This document shows, in pieces, positions 9,791-19,434 of a stretch of DNA of 64,000 nt. The translations under genes were made by a program, and so were the position numbers. Source of the DNA: Thalassobaculaceae bacterium (GTDB lineage: Bacteria; Pseudomonadota; Alphaproteobacteria; Thalassobaculales; Thalassobaculaceae); contig OZ245843.1 in assembly GCA_965228875.1 (NCBI GenBank), positions 3,888,616 to 3,952,615 of the forward strand, read 5' to 3'. The notes under the pieces are model-generated. The model made no database searches. It was given only the letters and a program-made list of their open reading frames with translations, and was not told the DNA's origin. Numbering within the stretch: the stretch's first letter is position 1; each line of letters opens with the position of its first letter.

Positions 9791-9920
9791 CTTCTTCCCC
9801 ATCACGAGAACAGGGTCGCGCCGAACGGCCTTCCCGCGGCATGCGCCCCGAATTGCTCGATCTTTACTATCTCAGACGGCGATTCACGGTGAGGGCGGTT
9901 CGGTCTGAACCGGTCGCGCC

Positions 9921-10670
9921 TCAGCTGCCGGCGTTTCCGGGCAGCGGCAGGATCATGGCGTAGTCGCCGCCGTCGCGCAGGGCCTCGCGGATCGCCAGGA
10001 GACCCCTGTCGTCGAGGCCGGCGCCGGTGAACAGGCGGACGTATTCGCCCGCCACGGTGCGCACCTCGACCAGGGTCGGCGTCTCCCCGTCCAGCACGCC
10101 GCGGTAGCGCCCGACCAGCGTCTCCCAACCGGCCAGTGCCGCCTCGTGCGATCGGTAGCTGGCGAGATGCACCGCCTTGACGTCGCTGCTCGGCGCCGGC
10201 CAGGCGAGCTTGCTGGTCCGCAGCTCGAGCCGCTCCAGCCGGGCGCGGACCGCCGCCTCGTCGTTGCGGCCGGCGACGGAAACCCGGGATACCGCCGCGG
10301 CGAGTGCCGCGATGTCGCGCTGAATTGACGACACCTCCGCGGCCAGCGCGACCTGCTTCTCCGCCGAGGCGGGTTCGAGGCGGTCCTGCGGCGCGGCCTG
10401 GTCGATCGCGTCGAGCCGGTTGGCGATGGCGGCGGCCATGCCTTCAAGTCCCGCCATCCGCTCGGCCAGGGCCCGCTGCCCGGACCGCACGGCTTCCGTA
10501 CGGCGTTCGACGAGCCGGGACTGCCACCCGCGCTCGCGCTCCATCGCGTCCCGGACCGCCGTTTCGATCCTGGCCTGACGTTGTTCCTCCGACTCGAAGA
10601 CCGTCCCGGCGCCGCATCCCGACAGCAGCACCAGGCCGAACAGAACGATTCCGCGTGCCGCGTGTCGCAT
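9921..10670 (-). CDS. Lipoprotein with coiled coil and C-terminal SPOR-like domain
   Basis: GGAGG RBS, lipobox LSGC, heptad-rich middle, and SPOR-like AVHLASYRSHEAALAGW. Confidence 0.7.
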   Translation of the reverse strand: MRHAARGIVLFGLVLLSGCGAGTVFESEEQRQARIETAVRDAMERERGWQSRLVERRTEAVRSGQRALAERMAGLEGMAAAIANRLDAIDQAAPQDRLEPASAEKQVALAAEVSSIQRDIAALAAAVSRVSVAGRNDEAAVRARLERLELRTSKLAWPAPSSDVKAVHLASYRSHEAALAGWETLVGRYRGVLDGETPTLVEVRTVAGEYVRLFTGAGLDDRGLLAIREALRDGGDYAMILPLPGNAGS

Positions 10671-10778
10671 CCGCACCTCCCGCGAATCGGATTTTAACAA
10701 ACCGACCGATTCACGGCGAGGAAAACGGCGGAAACCTCGGGCTTTCAGTGTGTTCCGGCAGCGGTACTCACGGCCGGG

Positions 10779-11555
10779 TCAGGACGCCGTGCCGGCGCGG
10801 AAGGCGTCAACGTCGGCCTGCATGCCGGCGCGCAACAGGTAGGAGTCGGCAAGGCCGGCGACGAAGGCGTAACCCTCGCCGGCGAGGTCGACCAGGCCAT
10901 TGCCCGGACGCGGGATGGTGCCGAGCGGCTTGCCGGCCGCGCGGATCGCGCGCTCGGCGGCCTCGATCTGGGCATTCACCTTCGGGTCGCCCGGCTGTTC
11001 GAGAAGGCCGATCGACCCGGACAGGTCGGCGACCCCGATGAAGACCAGGTCGACGCCGTCGACGGCGGCGATCTCGCCGGCATTGGCGACGGCCGTGTCC
11101 GACTCGATCTGAACGCAGATCAGCAGGTTGTCGTTCGCGCGCTTCGCGTAGTCCGCCGCCGCGCCGTAGCCCGAGGCGCGGACTGTCGGAGCGGAGTAGC
11201 CGCGGCGCCCTTTGGGCGGATAGCGGCAGGCATCGACGATCGCCCGGGCCTCCTCGGCCGTCTCCACCATCGGGATCATGAGCGCCTCCGCGCCGGCGTC
11301 GAGCACCCGCTTCATGTAGTCGCCGTCCGTCCCCGGGCAGCGCACCATGCAGGTGGCGTCGCCGGCCTGGGCGGCGCGCATCATGTGCACCGTCGTCTCG
11401 ATCGAGGCGAAGCCGTGCTCGTTGTCGAGGATCAGGCAGTCGTAGCCGACCAGGCTGGCGATCTCGGCGATCGACGGCTCGGACATCTGGAGCCAGACGC
11501 CGAGCGTCGGCCGGCCCGCTTGGATCTTGGCCTTCAGGGTGTTGTCGCGGAACAT
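10779..11555 (-). CDS. HpcH/HpaI-family class II aldolase
   Basis: LDNEHG, RVLDAGA, PMVET, RYPPKGRRG, QIES and FIGVADLS motifs. Confidence 0.92.
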   Translation of the reverse strand: MFRDNTLKAKIQAGRPTLGVWLQMSEPSIAEIASLVGYDCLILDNEHGFASIETTVHMMRAAQAGDATCMVRCPGTDGDYMKRVLDAGAEALMIPMVETAEEARAIVDACRYPPKGRRGYSAPTVRASGYGAAADYAKRANDNLLICVQIESDTAVANAGEIAAVDGVDLVFIGVADLSGSIGLLEQPGDPKVNAQIEAAERAIRAAGKPLGTIPRPGNGLVDLAGEGYAFVAGLADSYLLRAGMQADVDAFRAGTAS

Positions 11556-11723
11556 TCTTTCTTCCTCCCAGGACGCGATGGCCTAGCGAACCACGCGCCG
11601 GGGCGGCGCGGCAACGCGGAGAAATGCAAATTCCACGATCCGGTCGGGGCGGCCGGCCGGCGTCGCGGGGGCCGGCTTCGTCGCCGAATCCCGCCGCGCG
11701 GCGAATCGCTCTACACTGCGGTC

Positions 11724-12428
11724 ATGCGCCTCCTCACGTGGAACACCTGGAAGAACAGCGAGCCGTACGACGCCAGACTGTCGTCGATGACCGGCCTGCT
11801 GGCCGAGGCCCGGGCCGACGTGATTCTGCTGCAGGAGGTGTTCGCCGGCGGCGTGCTCGACACCGCGGCGCATCTCGGCCTCGCCCTGGACATGCACGTT
11901 CACGCCGCGCCGGCGCGGGCCAAGCCCCGGCTGCACGCCGGCGAGATGGTGGACAGCACCAACGGGCTGGCGATCCTGTCGCCCTGGGCGGCCGAGGAGC
12001 AGGCGGTCCTGTCGCTGCCGTCGGACCCGGCCGATCCCGAGCGCGTCGCCCAGGTGGCGCGGTTCGGCGGGCTGGTGGTGGTCAACCTGCACCTCACCCA
12101 TCTCGACGGCGCCGAGGACCTGCGCCGGGCGCAGGCGGCACGGCTGGTCGAGGCACTGCCGGAGGGGATCGCCACGGTGATCGGCGGCGACCTCAACGCC
12201 GAGCCGCAGTCTTCCGCCATCGACCTTCTGAAGGCCGCCGGTTTCCGCGACCTCGGCGAGGGGACGCCGTTCCCCACCGCCGGCCGGCGGCGTATCGACT
12301 ACCTCATGAGCCGCGACCTCGCCGTCGTCGAGGCCGAGGTGCGTCCGGTTGGTGACCGGCCGGTGGACGGGATCGCGGCGAGCGACCATGTCGGCGTGCT
12401 GGCGGCCCTCACACTTGCGGAGGAGTGA
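11724..12428 (+). CDS. Endonuclease/exonuclease/phosphatase (EEP) family protein
   Basis: MRLLTWN, ILLQEV, NLHL, GGDLN, RIDY and SDH motifs; true start is ATG 11724. Confidence 0.9.
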   Translation: MRLLTWNTWKNSEPYDARLSSMTGLLAEARADVILLQEVFAGGVLDTAAHLGLALDMHVHAAPARAKPRLHAGEMVDSTNGLAILSPWAAEEQAVLSLPSDPADPERVAQVARFGGLVVVNLHLTHLDGAEDLRRAQAARLVEALPEGIATVIGGDLNAEPQSSAIDLLKAAGFRDLGEGTPFPTAGRRRIDYLMSRDLAVVEAEVRPVGDRPVDGIAASDHVGVLAALTLAEE

Positions 12429-12537
12429 TCGGCGGATCGCCGCGGACCGCCGGGGCGGGGAATACGCTTGACCCCGCAGGCGGGCGCTTCTAGAGGCTGG
12501 GGTCCGGTGCGCCGATGCGCGCCGCATGGAGTGCCCC

Positions 12538-13953
12538 ATGGTCCCCCCGGCCACCGTCAGACCGCATCCCGAGCCGCGTGGCGCCTATGCCACGGAGGTG
12601 CGCGCCACCCTGGCGCTGGCGATACCGATCGCGGCGACCCAGCTTGCCCAGATGGGGCTGCAGACGACCGACGTCATCATGACCGGCCGCCTCGGCCCCC
12701 ATGCCCTGGCGGCGGGACAGCTCGGTCACAGCCTGTATTTCCCGGTCTTCGTCACCATTCTCGGCACCCTGTTCGCGACCTCGGCCATGTTCGCGCAGGA
12801 GCTCGGCGCCCGGCGCTACAAGGGAGTGCGGCGCACGTTCCGCCAGGGGTTCTGGCTGATCGCCCTGGTGACGGTGCCGTCCTGGATCTTCTTCGCCTAC
12901 GCCGAGGAACTGCTCGTGGCCATGGGACAGGCGCCGGATCTCGCGGTCCGGGCCCAGAGCTACTGCGACGGCGTGATGTGGGGGCTGCCGTTCATGGCCG
13001 GCTTCGCCCTGCTGCGGAACTTCATCGCCGCCCACGGCCGGCCGCGCCCGGCCATGTGGCTTCTCGCCTTCGGTATCCCGGTCAACGCCCTGGTCGACTA
13101 CGCGCTGATGTTCGGCCATTTCAGCCTGCCGCGGCTGGAGCTGTACGGTCTCGGCCTCGCGACGACGCTTGTTCAGGCGGCGATGTTCTTCCTGCTGCTG
13201 GCCTACATCCAGCGCGACCGGCGCTATCGCCGGTACATGCTGCTGGTCCGGTTCTGGCGTTCCGACTGGCCGCGCCTGCGCGAACTCTGGGCGGTCGGCC
13301 TGCCGATCGGCCTGACCAAGCTGGCCGAGGCCGGCCTGTTCGCCGCCACCGGTTTCCTGATCGGGCTGATCGGCGTGCACGAGCTCGCCGGCCATGCCGT
13401 CGCCCTGCAGTTCGCCGCCATCGCCTTCATGATCCCGTTCGGCGTCGCCCAGGCGGCGACGGTGCGGGTCGGGCTTGCCGTCGGTCGGCTGGATCCCGCC
13501 GGGGCTGTGCTGGCGGGGCGCGTCTCGGTCCTGGTCGGCTCCCTGGTGATGCTCCCCTCCGCCCTGCTGTACCTGACCAGCGGCGAGCTGCTGGCGGCGC
13601 TGTTCCTGGACGTCGGGGATCCCGGCGAGCTCGCCGCCGTCGGCCATGCGGTCACCTATCTGGCGATCGCCGGGCTGTTCCAGTTCGCCGATGGCGGCCA
13701 GGCGGTGACCGCCGGCGCGCTGCGCGGATTCAAGGACACCCGCGTCCCGATGGTGATCGCGCTGGTCGGATACTGGCCGATCGGGATCGGATCGGCTCTG
13801 GTGTTCGCCTTCCCGCTGGGTTTCGGCGGCGCGGGGGTGTGGAGCGGGCTGGCTCTCGGCCTGTTCGCCGTGTGGGCGGGGCTCGCACTGCGGCTGCGGC
13901 ACGTGGCCGGGCGTCTGACCCCGACCCCGGCGGCCCTGGCGGTCAGCGGGTGA
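12538..13953 (+). CDS. MATE (NorM-like) efflux transporter
   Basis: LAIPI...TDVIMTGRLG, VRVG and GALRGFKDTRVP motifs; about 12 TM helices. Confidence 0.92.
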   Translation: MVPPATVRPHPEPRGAYATEVRATLALAIPIAATQLAQMGLQTTDVIMTGRLGPHALAAGQLGHSLYFPVFVTILGTLFATSAMFAQELGARRYKGVRRTFRQGFWLIALVTVPSWIFFAYAEELLVAMGQAPDLAVRAQSYCDGVMWGLPFMAGFALLRNFIAAHGRPRPAMWLLAFGIPVNALVDYALMFGHFSLPRLELYGLGLATTLVQAAMFFLLLAYIQRDRRYRRYMLLVRFWRSDWPRLRELWAVGLPIGLTKLAEAGLFAATGFLIGLIGVHELAGHAVALQFAAIAFMIPFGVAQAATVRVGLAVGRLDPAGAVLAGRVSVLVGSLVMLPSALLYLTSGELLAALFLDVGDPGELAAVGHAVTYLAIAGLFQFADGGQAVTAGALRGFKDTRVPMVIALVGYWPIGIGSALVFAFPLGFGGAGVWSGLALGLFAVWAGLALRLRHVAGRLTPTPAALAVSG

Positions 13954-14317
13954 TCTTCTCGATACGCCAGCGGGAATGGGCGTCGTCGACGCTGTCCCAT
14001 GCCTTCTGCTGCCAGACCGCCTTGGCCTGGGCGTAGTCGTCAAAGGGGCCGAGCTTCTCTTCCGGCGAGCCGTCGACGGTCTCGGTGAAGTCGGTGGATT
14101 TATAGACCCCGCCGACCACCCAGAACTCGGTCGCCTCCTCGTTCAGGATGCGGTAGCGGACATGGGCGTCGTCCACGTGCTGCCAGGCCAGCTTGGCCCA
14201 GATCGACTTCGCCGTCTCGTAGTCGCTGAACGGGCCGATCTTGTTCTCGGCGTCGCCGCCGACGATGGTCGTAAAGCTCGTGTCGGTATACTCGCCGCCG
14301 ATAACCCAGTAGACCAT
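13943..14317 (-). CDS. DUF4170-like protein with two tandem domains
   Basis: Two ~60-aa repeats of WVxGGxYxxTxF...GPFxDYxxAKxxW...VDDAHxRxRI. Confidence 0.75.
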   Translation of the reverse strand: MVYWVIGGEYTDTSFTTIVGGDAENKIGPFSDYETAKSIWAKLAWQHVDDAHVRYRILNEEATEFWVVGGVYKSTDFTETVDGSPEEKLGPFDDYAQAKAVWQQKAWDSVDDAHSRWRIEKITR

Positions 14318-14454
14318 GGCACCCTCCGCCGTCCGGTTGGCCCCCTATACCGAAGCCGGCCGCCGGCTTCAATTGCGCCGTCGATCGCGGGGCGGGGGCG
14401 CCGGCGATCAATCCGGTGGGACAAAGCCTCCGACACAGGTAGATTGCGCCCGCC

Positions 14455-16035
14455 ATGACCGAACCGGACCCGCGCCCGTCCCCCGTCCCGCCCCCCGTCT
14501 CGCCTGACGGACCGGGAGGGCCGCATCGCGTGCGCGGCGGGCTGATCCTGGCGACCACGGTGCTCGGATCGAGCCTCGCCTTCATCGACGGATCGGTGGT
14601 TCACGTCGCGCTTGCCGACATGCAGCGCGATCTGGCGGCGACGGTGGGCGACCTGCAATGGATCGCCAACAGCTACATGCTCAGCCTGGGCGCCCTCCTG
14701 CTTCTGGGGGGCGCGCTGGGCGACCGGCTCGGCCGGCGGCGGATCTTTTTGTGGGGGCTCGCCGTGTTCGCCGCGACCAGCGTGGCCTGCGCGTTGGCCC
14801 AGACGGCCCCCGTCCTGATCGTCGCCCGGGCGTTCCAGGGGGTCGGGGCGGCCCTGCTGGTTCCGAACAGCCTGGCGATCCTGTCCGCCTCCTATCCGCG
14901 TGCGGACCGGGGCCGGGCGATCGGGGCCTGGTCGGCCTTCGCCGCGGTGACCTCGGCGGCGGGGCCGGTGCTGGGCGGCTGGCTGGTCGACACGTTCGGC
15001 TGGGCGTCGGTGTTCTGGATCAACCCGCCGATCGCGGTGGCCGCCATCGTCCTCGCCCTGATCGCGGTCCGGGAGAACCGGGATCCGGGGGCGCGGGGCG
15101 AGCCGGACTGGATCGGCGGCGTCCTGGCCATGGTCGGTCTCGGCCTGGTGTCCTACGCCCTGATCCAGGCGGGCGAGGCGACCTTCGACTCCCGCATCGG
15201 CATCGCCGCCGGCGTCCTGGGCGTGCTTGCCCTGGTTCTCTTCGTGCGCGTCGAGGCGCGCAGCGGGGCGGCACTGATGCCGCTCCACCTGTTCGCCGAC
15301 CGGGAGTTCGCCGCCGCCAACCTGCTCACGGTCCTGCTGTACGGCGCCCTGGGGGCGGCGGTGTTCCTGTTTCCCTTCGGTCTCATCCGGCTCTACGGCT
15401 ATACCGCGACCGAGGCCGGCGCGGCGTTCCTGCCGTTCCCGGTCGTGCTGTTCCTGCTCGCCCGCTGGGGCGGGACGCTGATCGACCGCTACGGCGCCCG
15501 CCCGCCGCTGGTGGCCGGACCCGCGATCACCGCCGTCGGCCTGGCGCTGCTGGCGGTTCCGGAGACCGGGACGCCGTACTGGTCGACCTTCCTGCCGGGG
15601 GTGATCGTGCTCGGCATCGGCATGGCGATCTGCATTCCGCCGCTGACCACCAGCGTGATGAACGCGGTCGACGACCGCCATGCCGGCATCGCCTCGGCGG
15701 TGAACAACGCCGCCAGCCGGGTCGCCGGGCTGATCGCCGTCGCCGCCGTCGGCCCGCTGCTGCTGATCGCCTTCAACTGGCTGCTGCATCCGCTGGTCGC
15801 CGGGATCGATATGCCGGAATCGGTGCGCCTCATCATCCGCCTCGATCCGGGCAGCCTGACCGACCTGTCGGCGCCGCCCGGGGCCGGCGAAGCGGCGGAG
15901 GCGATCGTCGCCGCCGCCCGTCACGCGCTGATCGACGCCTTCCGCATCGCCATCGTCGCCTTGGCCGTGCTCGCCCTGGCCTCGGGCGTGGTCGCCGCCG
16001 TGATGGTCCCGAAGGCGCGGCGCCGCAAAGGGTGA
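14455..16035 (+). CDS. MFS transporter, DHA2 (14-TM) type
   Basis: DGSVVHVAL, GALGDRLGRRR, RAFQGVGAA, GPVLGG and WASVFWINPP motifs. Confidence 0.92.
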   Translation: MTEPDPRPSPVPPPVSPDGPGGPHRVRGGLILATTVLGSSLAFIDGSVVHVALADMQRDLAATVGDLQWIANSYMLSLGALLLLGGALGDRLGRRRIFLWGLAVFAATSVACALAQTAPVLIVARAFQGVGAALLVPNSLAILSASYPRADRGRAIGAWSAFAAVTSAAGPVLGGWLVDTFGWASVFWINPPIAVAAIVLALIAVRENRDPGARGEPDWIGGVLAMVGLGLVSYALIQAGEATFDSRIGIAAGVLGVLALVLFVRVEARSGAALMPLHLFADREFAAANLLTVLLYGALGAAVFLFPFGLIRLYGYTATEAGAAFLPFPVVLFLLARWGGTLIDRYGARPPLVAGPAITAVGLALLAVPETGTPYWSTFLPGVIVLGIGMAICIPPLTTSVMNAVDDRHAGIASAVNNAASRVAGLIAVAAVGPLLLIAFNWLLHPLVAGIDMPESVRLIIRLDPGSLTDLSAPPGAGEAAEAIVAAARHALIDAFRIAIVALAVLALASGVVAAVMVPKARRRKG

Positions 16036-16117
16036 CGATCCCTCCCGACCGGCCTGCCCGAACCGGGACCGCGGATTGAACCGGGGAGTGTGGAGAGGCT
16101 GTGACGGGCGCGGCCCC

Positions 16118-17329
16118 TCATCCCACCACGTTCTTCTCCGGCCCGACGGGGAAGCCCGTGATGTTCTCGGCGCCCGTCTCGGTGACGATCAGGATGTCGT
16201 GCTCGCGGTAGCCGCCGGCGCCGGGCCGGCCCTCGGGAATCATGATCATCGGTTCCATGGACACCACCATCCCCGGTTCCAGCACCGTCTCCACGTCCTC
16301 GCGCAGCTCGAGTCCAGCCTCGCGCCCGTAGTAGTGGGAAAGCACGCCGAAGGAATGGCCGTAGCCGAAGGTCCGGTTCTCCAGCACCCCGTGGCGGGCG
16401 TAGATGTCGTTCAGGGCGTGGGCGATGTCGCAGCACCGGTTGCCCGGCCGGATCAGGTCGAGGCCGGCGTGGTAGACCTCCAGGTTGATGTCCCAGTAGC
16501 GCCGGTGGGCGTCGGAGACCGGGCCGCAGAACAGGGTGCGTTCCAGCGCGGTGTAGTACCCGGCGATCATCGGGAAGCAGTTCAGCGACAGGATGTCGCC
16601 GGACTCGATCCGCCGGGAGGTGACCGGGTTGTGGGCGCCATCGGTGTTCGGACCGGACTGGAACCAGGTCCAGGTGTCCATCAGCTCGGCCTGGGGGAAG
16701 GCGCGGGCGATCTCCCGCACCATCGCCTGGGTCGACTGCTGGGCGATCTCGTATTCCGGCGCGCCGACGGCGATCGCCTCGACGCAGGCCGCCCCGCCGA
16801 TGTCGGCGATGCGCGCGCCTTCGCGGATCAGCGCGATCTCCTCGGCCGATTTCGACATCCGCTGGCGCATGGCGGCGGCGGCGATGTCCTCGAAGGTGGC
16901 CGCCGGGAAGGCCTCGCCCAGCAGCCGGCGGGTGTCCAGGTCGACGTGGTCGTGCTCGATGCCGATCCGCCGGGCGTCGGGCAGCAGCGTCTTCAGGGCG
17001 TGGAACCAGTTGTCGCGGCGCCAGTCGGTGTAGACCAGGTTGTCGCCCGCGGTGCGTCGCCAGGGCTGGCCGGCGTCGATGTTGGCGCTGACCGTGGTCA
17101 CGGCGTCGGCGGTGACGACGCAGGCGTAGCGCCGGCCGAACCGGCAGTACAGGAAGTCGGTATAGTAGTTGATGCCGTGGTAGGAGGTGAGGATCGCGGC
17201 GTCCAGGCCGCGCTCCGCCAGGATCGCCCGCAGACCGTCCTGGCGCCGGACCATTTCCGCCGGCGAGAAGGTGCCTTCGACCTTCTCGCCATTTGCGATC
17301 CGCTTCAGCCGCTCCATCTCCAACGCCAT
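16118..17329 (-). CDS. Creatinase (creatine amidinohydrolase, M24 fold)
   Basis: NGEKV..TFS, TSYHGINYY.DFLYC.FGR, DAGQPWRR, NTDGAHN, HYYGREAGLELRED and GAGGYREHD are characteristic of creatinases. Confidence 0.9.
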   Translation of the reverse strand: MALEMERLKRIANGEKVEGTFSPAEMVRRQDGLRAILAERGLDAAILTSYHGINYYTDFLYCRFGRRYACVVTADAVTTVSANIDAGQPWRRTAGDNLVYTDWRRDNWFHALKTLLPDARRIGIEHDHVDLDTRRLLGEAFPAATFEDIAAAAMRQRMSKSAEEIALIREGARIADIGGAACVEAIAVGAPEYEIAQQSTQAMVREIARAFPQAELMDTWTWFQSGPNTDGAHNPVTSRRIESGDILSLNCFPMIAGYYTALERTLFCGPVSDAHRRYWDINLEVYHAGLDLIRPGNRCCDIAHALNDIYARHGVLENRTFGYGHSFGVLSHYYGREAGLELREDVETVLEPGMVVSMEPMIMIPEGRPGAGGYREHDILIVTETGAENITGFPVGPEKNVVG

Positions 17330-17425
17330 CGACCCCTCCTGCAAATGCCGGCGCACGGTTGCACCTTCCCCTCTAGCCCTCTAATTGGTCGCAAGACGCG
17401 ACGCCAGCCCCGATAGGATCAGTTC

Positions 17426-18769
17426 ATGTCCGACCTTTCGCCGCTCGACCTGCTCGACGACCTGTTCGCCCGGGCGAAGCGCGCCGGCGCCGATGCCGCC
17501 GACGCCATCCTCGCCCAGGGGATCTCGCAATCGGTTTCCCAGCGGCTCGGTAAGCCCGAGGCGGTCGAACGCTCCGAGGGCAAGGATCTCGGCCTGAGGG
17601 TGTTCGTCGGACGCCGCCAGGCGGTGGTCTCGACGACCGACTTCAAGGCGGACGCCCTCGACGACATGGTCGAGCGGGCGGTGGCCATGGCGCGGGTGGC
17701 GCCCGAGGACCCCTATGCCGGTCTCGCCGAGCCGGGCCAGATCGCGACGGAGTGGCCGCAGATCGAGATGTTCGATCCGACCGAGCCGAGCGCCGACACC
17801 CTGGTCGAGCGGGCGCGGATCGCCGAGGACGCCGCGCGCGCGGTCGACGGCGTCACCAACTCCGAAGGGGCCGAGGCCGGGTTCGGCGTGACCGACGTCA
17901 CCCTGGCGGCGACCAACGGCTTCGCCGGCGGCTACAAGCGGTCTAGCTTCTCCCTTGGCGTCTCGGTGATCGCCGGGTCCGGACAGAAGATGGAGCGCGA
18001 CTACGACTACAGCGCCAAGGTATTCGACGCGGACCTGGAGAGCCCGGACGCGGTCGGGCGCCGGGCCGGCGAGCGGGCGGTGCGCCGCCTGAACCCGCGC
18101 CGCCCCAAGACCGCTCGCATCCCGGTCGTCCTGGAGCCGCGGGCCGCGCGCTCGATGCTCGGTCACCTCGCCCAGGCAATCAGCGGCAGCGCCATCGCCC
18201 GCGGGACCAGCTTCCTCAAGGACGACATGGGCGCGCAGCTGTTCCGGCCGGAGATCCGGATCCTCGACGATCCGCACCGGCCCCGCGGTTTCCGGTCGAA
18301 GCCGTTCGACGCCGAGGGCCTGGCGACCCGGCCGCGCGCGGTGATCGACGCCGGTTGCCTGACCGGCTGGACCCTGGACCTGGCCACGGCCCGTCAGCTC
18401 GGGATGGAGAGCACCGCGAGTGCGTCCCGGGGCACCGGCGGCACCCCCGGCCCGAGTGTCAGCAATCTCTACCTCGCCGCCGGCGCGGTCAGCCCCGAAG
18501 CGCTGATCGGCGAGATCGAGACCGGCTTCTTCATCACCGAGATGATGGGGACCAGCGTCAACCTGGTCACCGGCGACTACAGTCGCGGCGCGTCCGGCTA
18601 CTGGATCGAGAATGGGGAGATCACCTTCCCGGTGTCGGAGATGACGGTCGGCGGCCATCTGCGGGACATGTTCGCCTCCCTGGTGGCGGCCGACGATCTG
18701 GAGTTCAAATACGGCATGGACAGCCCGACGCTGCGGATCGACGGCCTGCTGGTGGGCGGCGAAGGCTGA
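17426..18769 (+). CDS. pmbA: TldD/PmbA family protein (PmbA/TldE subunit)
   Basis: GLRVFVG, MERDYDY, RGTSFL, PFDAEG, VNLVTGDYSRG and PVSEMT motifs. Confidence 0.9.
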   Translation: MSDLSPLDLLDDLFARAKRAGADAADAILAQGISQSVSQRLGKPEAVERSEGKDLGLRVFVGRRQAVVSTTDFKADALDDMVERAVAMARVAPEDPYAGLAEPGQIATEWPQIEMFDPTEPSADTLVERARIAEDAARAVDGVTNSEGAEAGFGVTDVTLAATNGFAGGYKRSSFSLGVSVIAGSGQKMERDYDYSAKVFDADLESPDAVGRRAGERAVRRLNPRRPKTARIPVVLEPRAARSMLGHLAQAISGSAIARGTSFLKDDMGAQLFRPEIRILDDPHRPRGFRSKPFDAEGLATRPRAVIDAGCLTGWTLDLATARQLGMESTASASRGTGGTPGPSVSNLYLAAGAVSPEALIGEIETGFFITEMMGTSVNLVTGDYSRGASGYWIENGEITFPVSEMTVGGHLRDMFASLVAADDLEFKYGMDSPTLRIDGLLVGGEG

Positions 18770-18906
18770 CGGGACCGGCGGCCGGACAGTCGGCCGCGCT
18801 CTCCCATTTGTGACGCAATTCTTCTGGAGACGGGCGCTCGCCCTCCCCATATGCCGATCGGGCGGAGGGGAACCGGCGGGATGCCGGGAACCCGGAGGAC
18901 GTCACC

Positions 18907-19413
18907 ATGCGCTATCTGCCCGCCATTTTCAGGGTTTCCATCTTCGTAGGCCTCGTCGTGATCGGCGCGATGATCGTGACCTCCGGGGCCGGGACCACGG
19001 CCAGGGGCGCCCTTCCGCCGGTGTTCGAGCGCGAGGGCGTGGCCATCGCCGGCTACGACACCGTGGCCTATTTCCTCGACCGCGAGCCGGTGCCCGGCTC
19101 CGCCACCTACGCCGTGACGTGGGGCGGCGCCATCTGGCACTTCACCTCGGCCGAGAACGCCCGCCTGTTCCGGGGCTCCCCGGAGCGGTTCGCGCCGCAG
19201 TACGGCGGTTACAGTCTCTACGGCATGTCGCGCGGCAAGGCCTATGCGGCCGACCCCCGGGTGTTCGACATCATCAACGACAAGCTGTACCTGTCGCGCA
19301 ATGATGCGGTGCGCGAGATTTGGCAGCGCAATCCCTCAAGCTACATCGCCAAGGCCGACATGCGGTGGCACGCAACCGAGTGGTCGGAAGCGCCCAATCA
19401 GCTGGTACGGTAG
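18907..19413 (+). CDS. YHS domain-containing exported protein ('YHS (seleno)protein' family)
   Basis: Signal/TM segment, then AIAGYDTVAYF, WHFTSAEN...F...PERFAPQYGGY and KLYL. Confidence 0.85.
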   Translation: MRYLPAIFRVSIFVGLVVIGAMIVTSGAGTTARGALPPVFEREGVAIAGYDTVAYFLDREPVPGSATYAVTWGGAIWHFTSAENARLFRGSPERFAPQYGGYSLYGMSRGKAYAADPRVFDIINDKLYLSRNDAVREIWQRNPSSYIAKADMRWHATEWSEAPNQLVR

Positions 19414-19434
19414 CGGGTAGCGGGTGAGACGGTG

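Noticed and set aside
9715..9920. tRNA-Thr as an integration site for an island
   Set aside because: No integrase nearby and no convincing duplicated tRNA 3' end; TGCGGCACCA near 61334 lies within mutL coding sequence and is short enough to be chance.
18807..18825. CRP/FNR-like TGTGA half-site upstream of the YHS gene
   Set aside because: The second half-site does not match.
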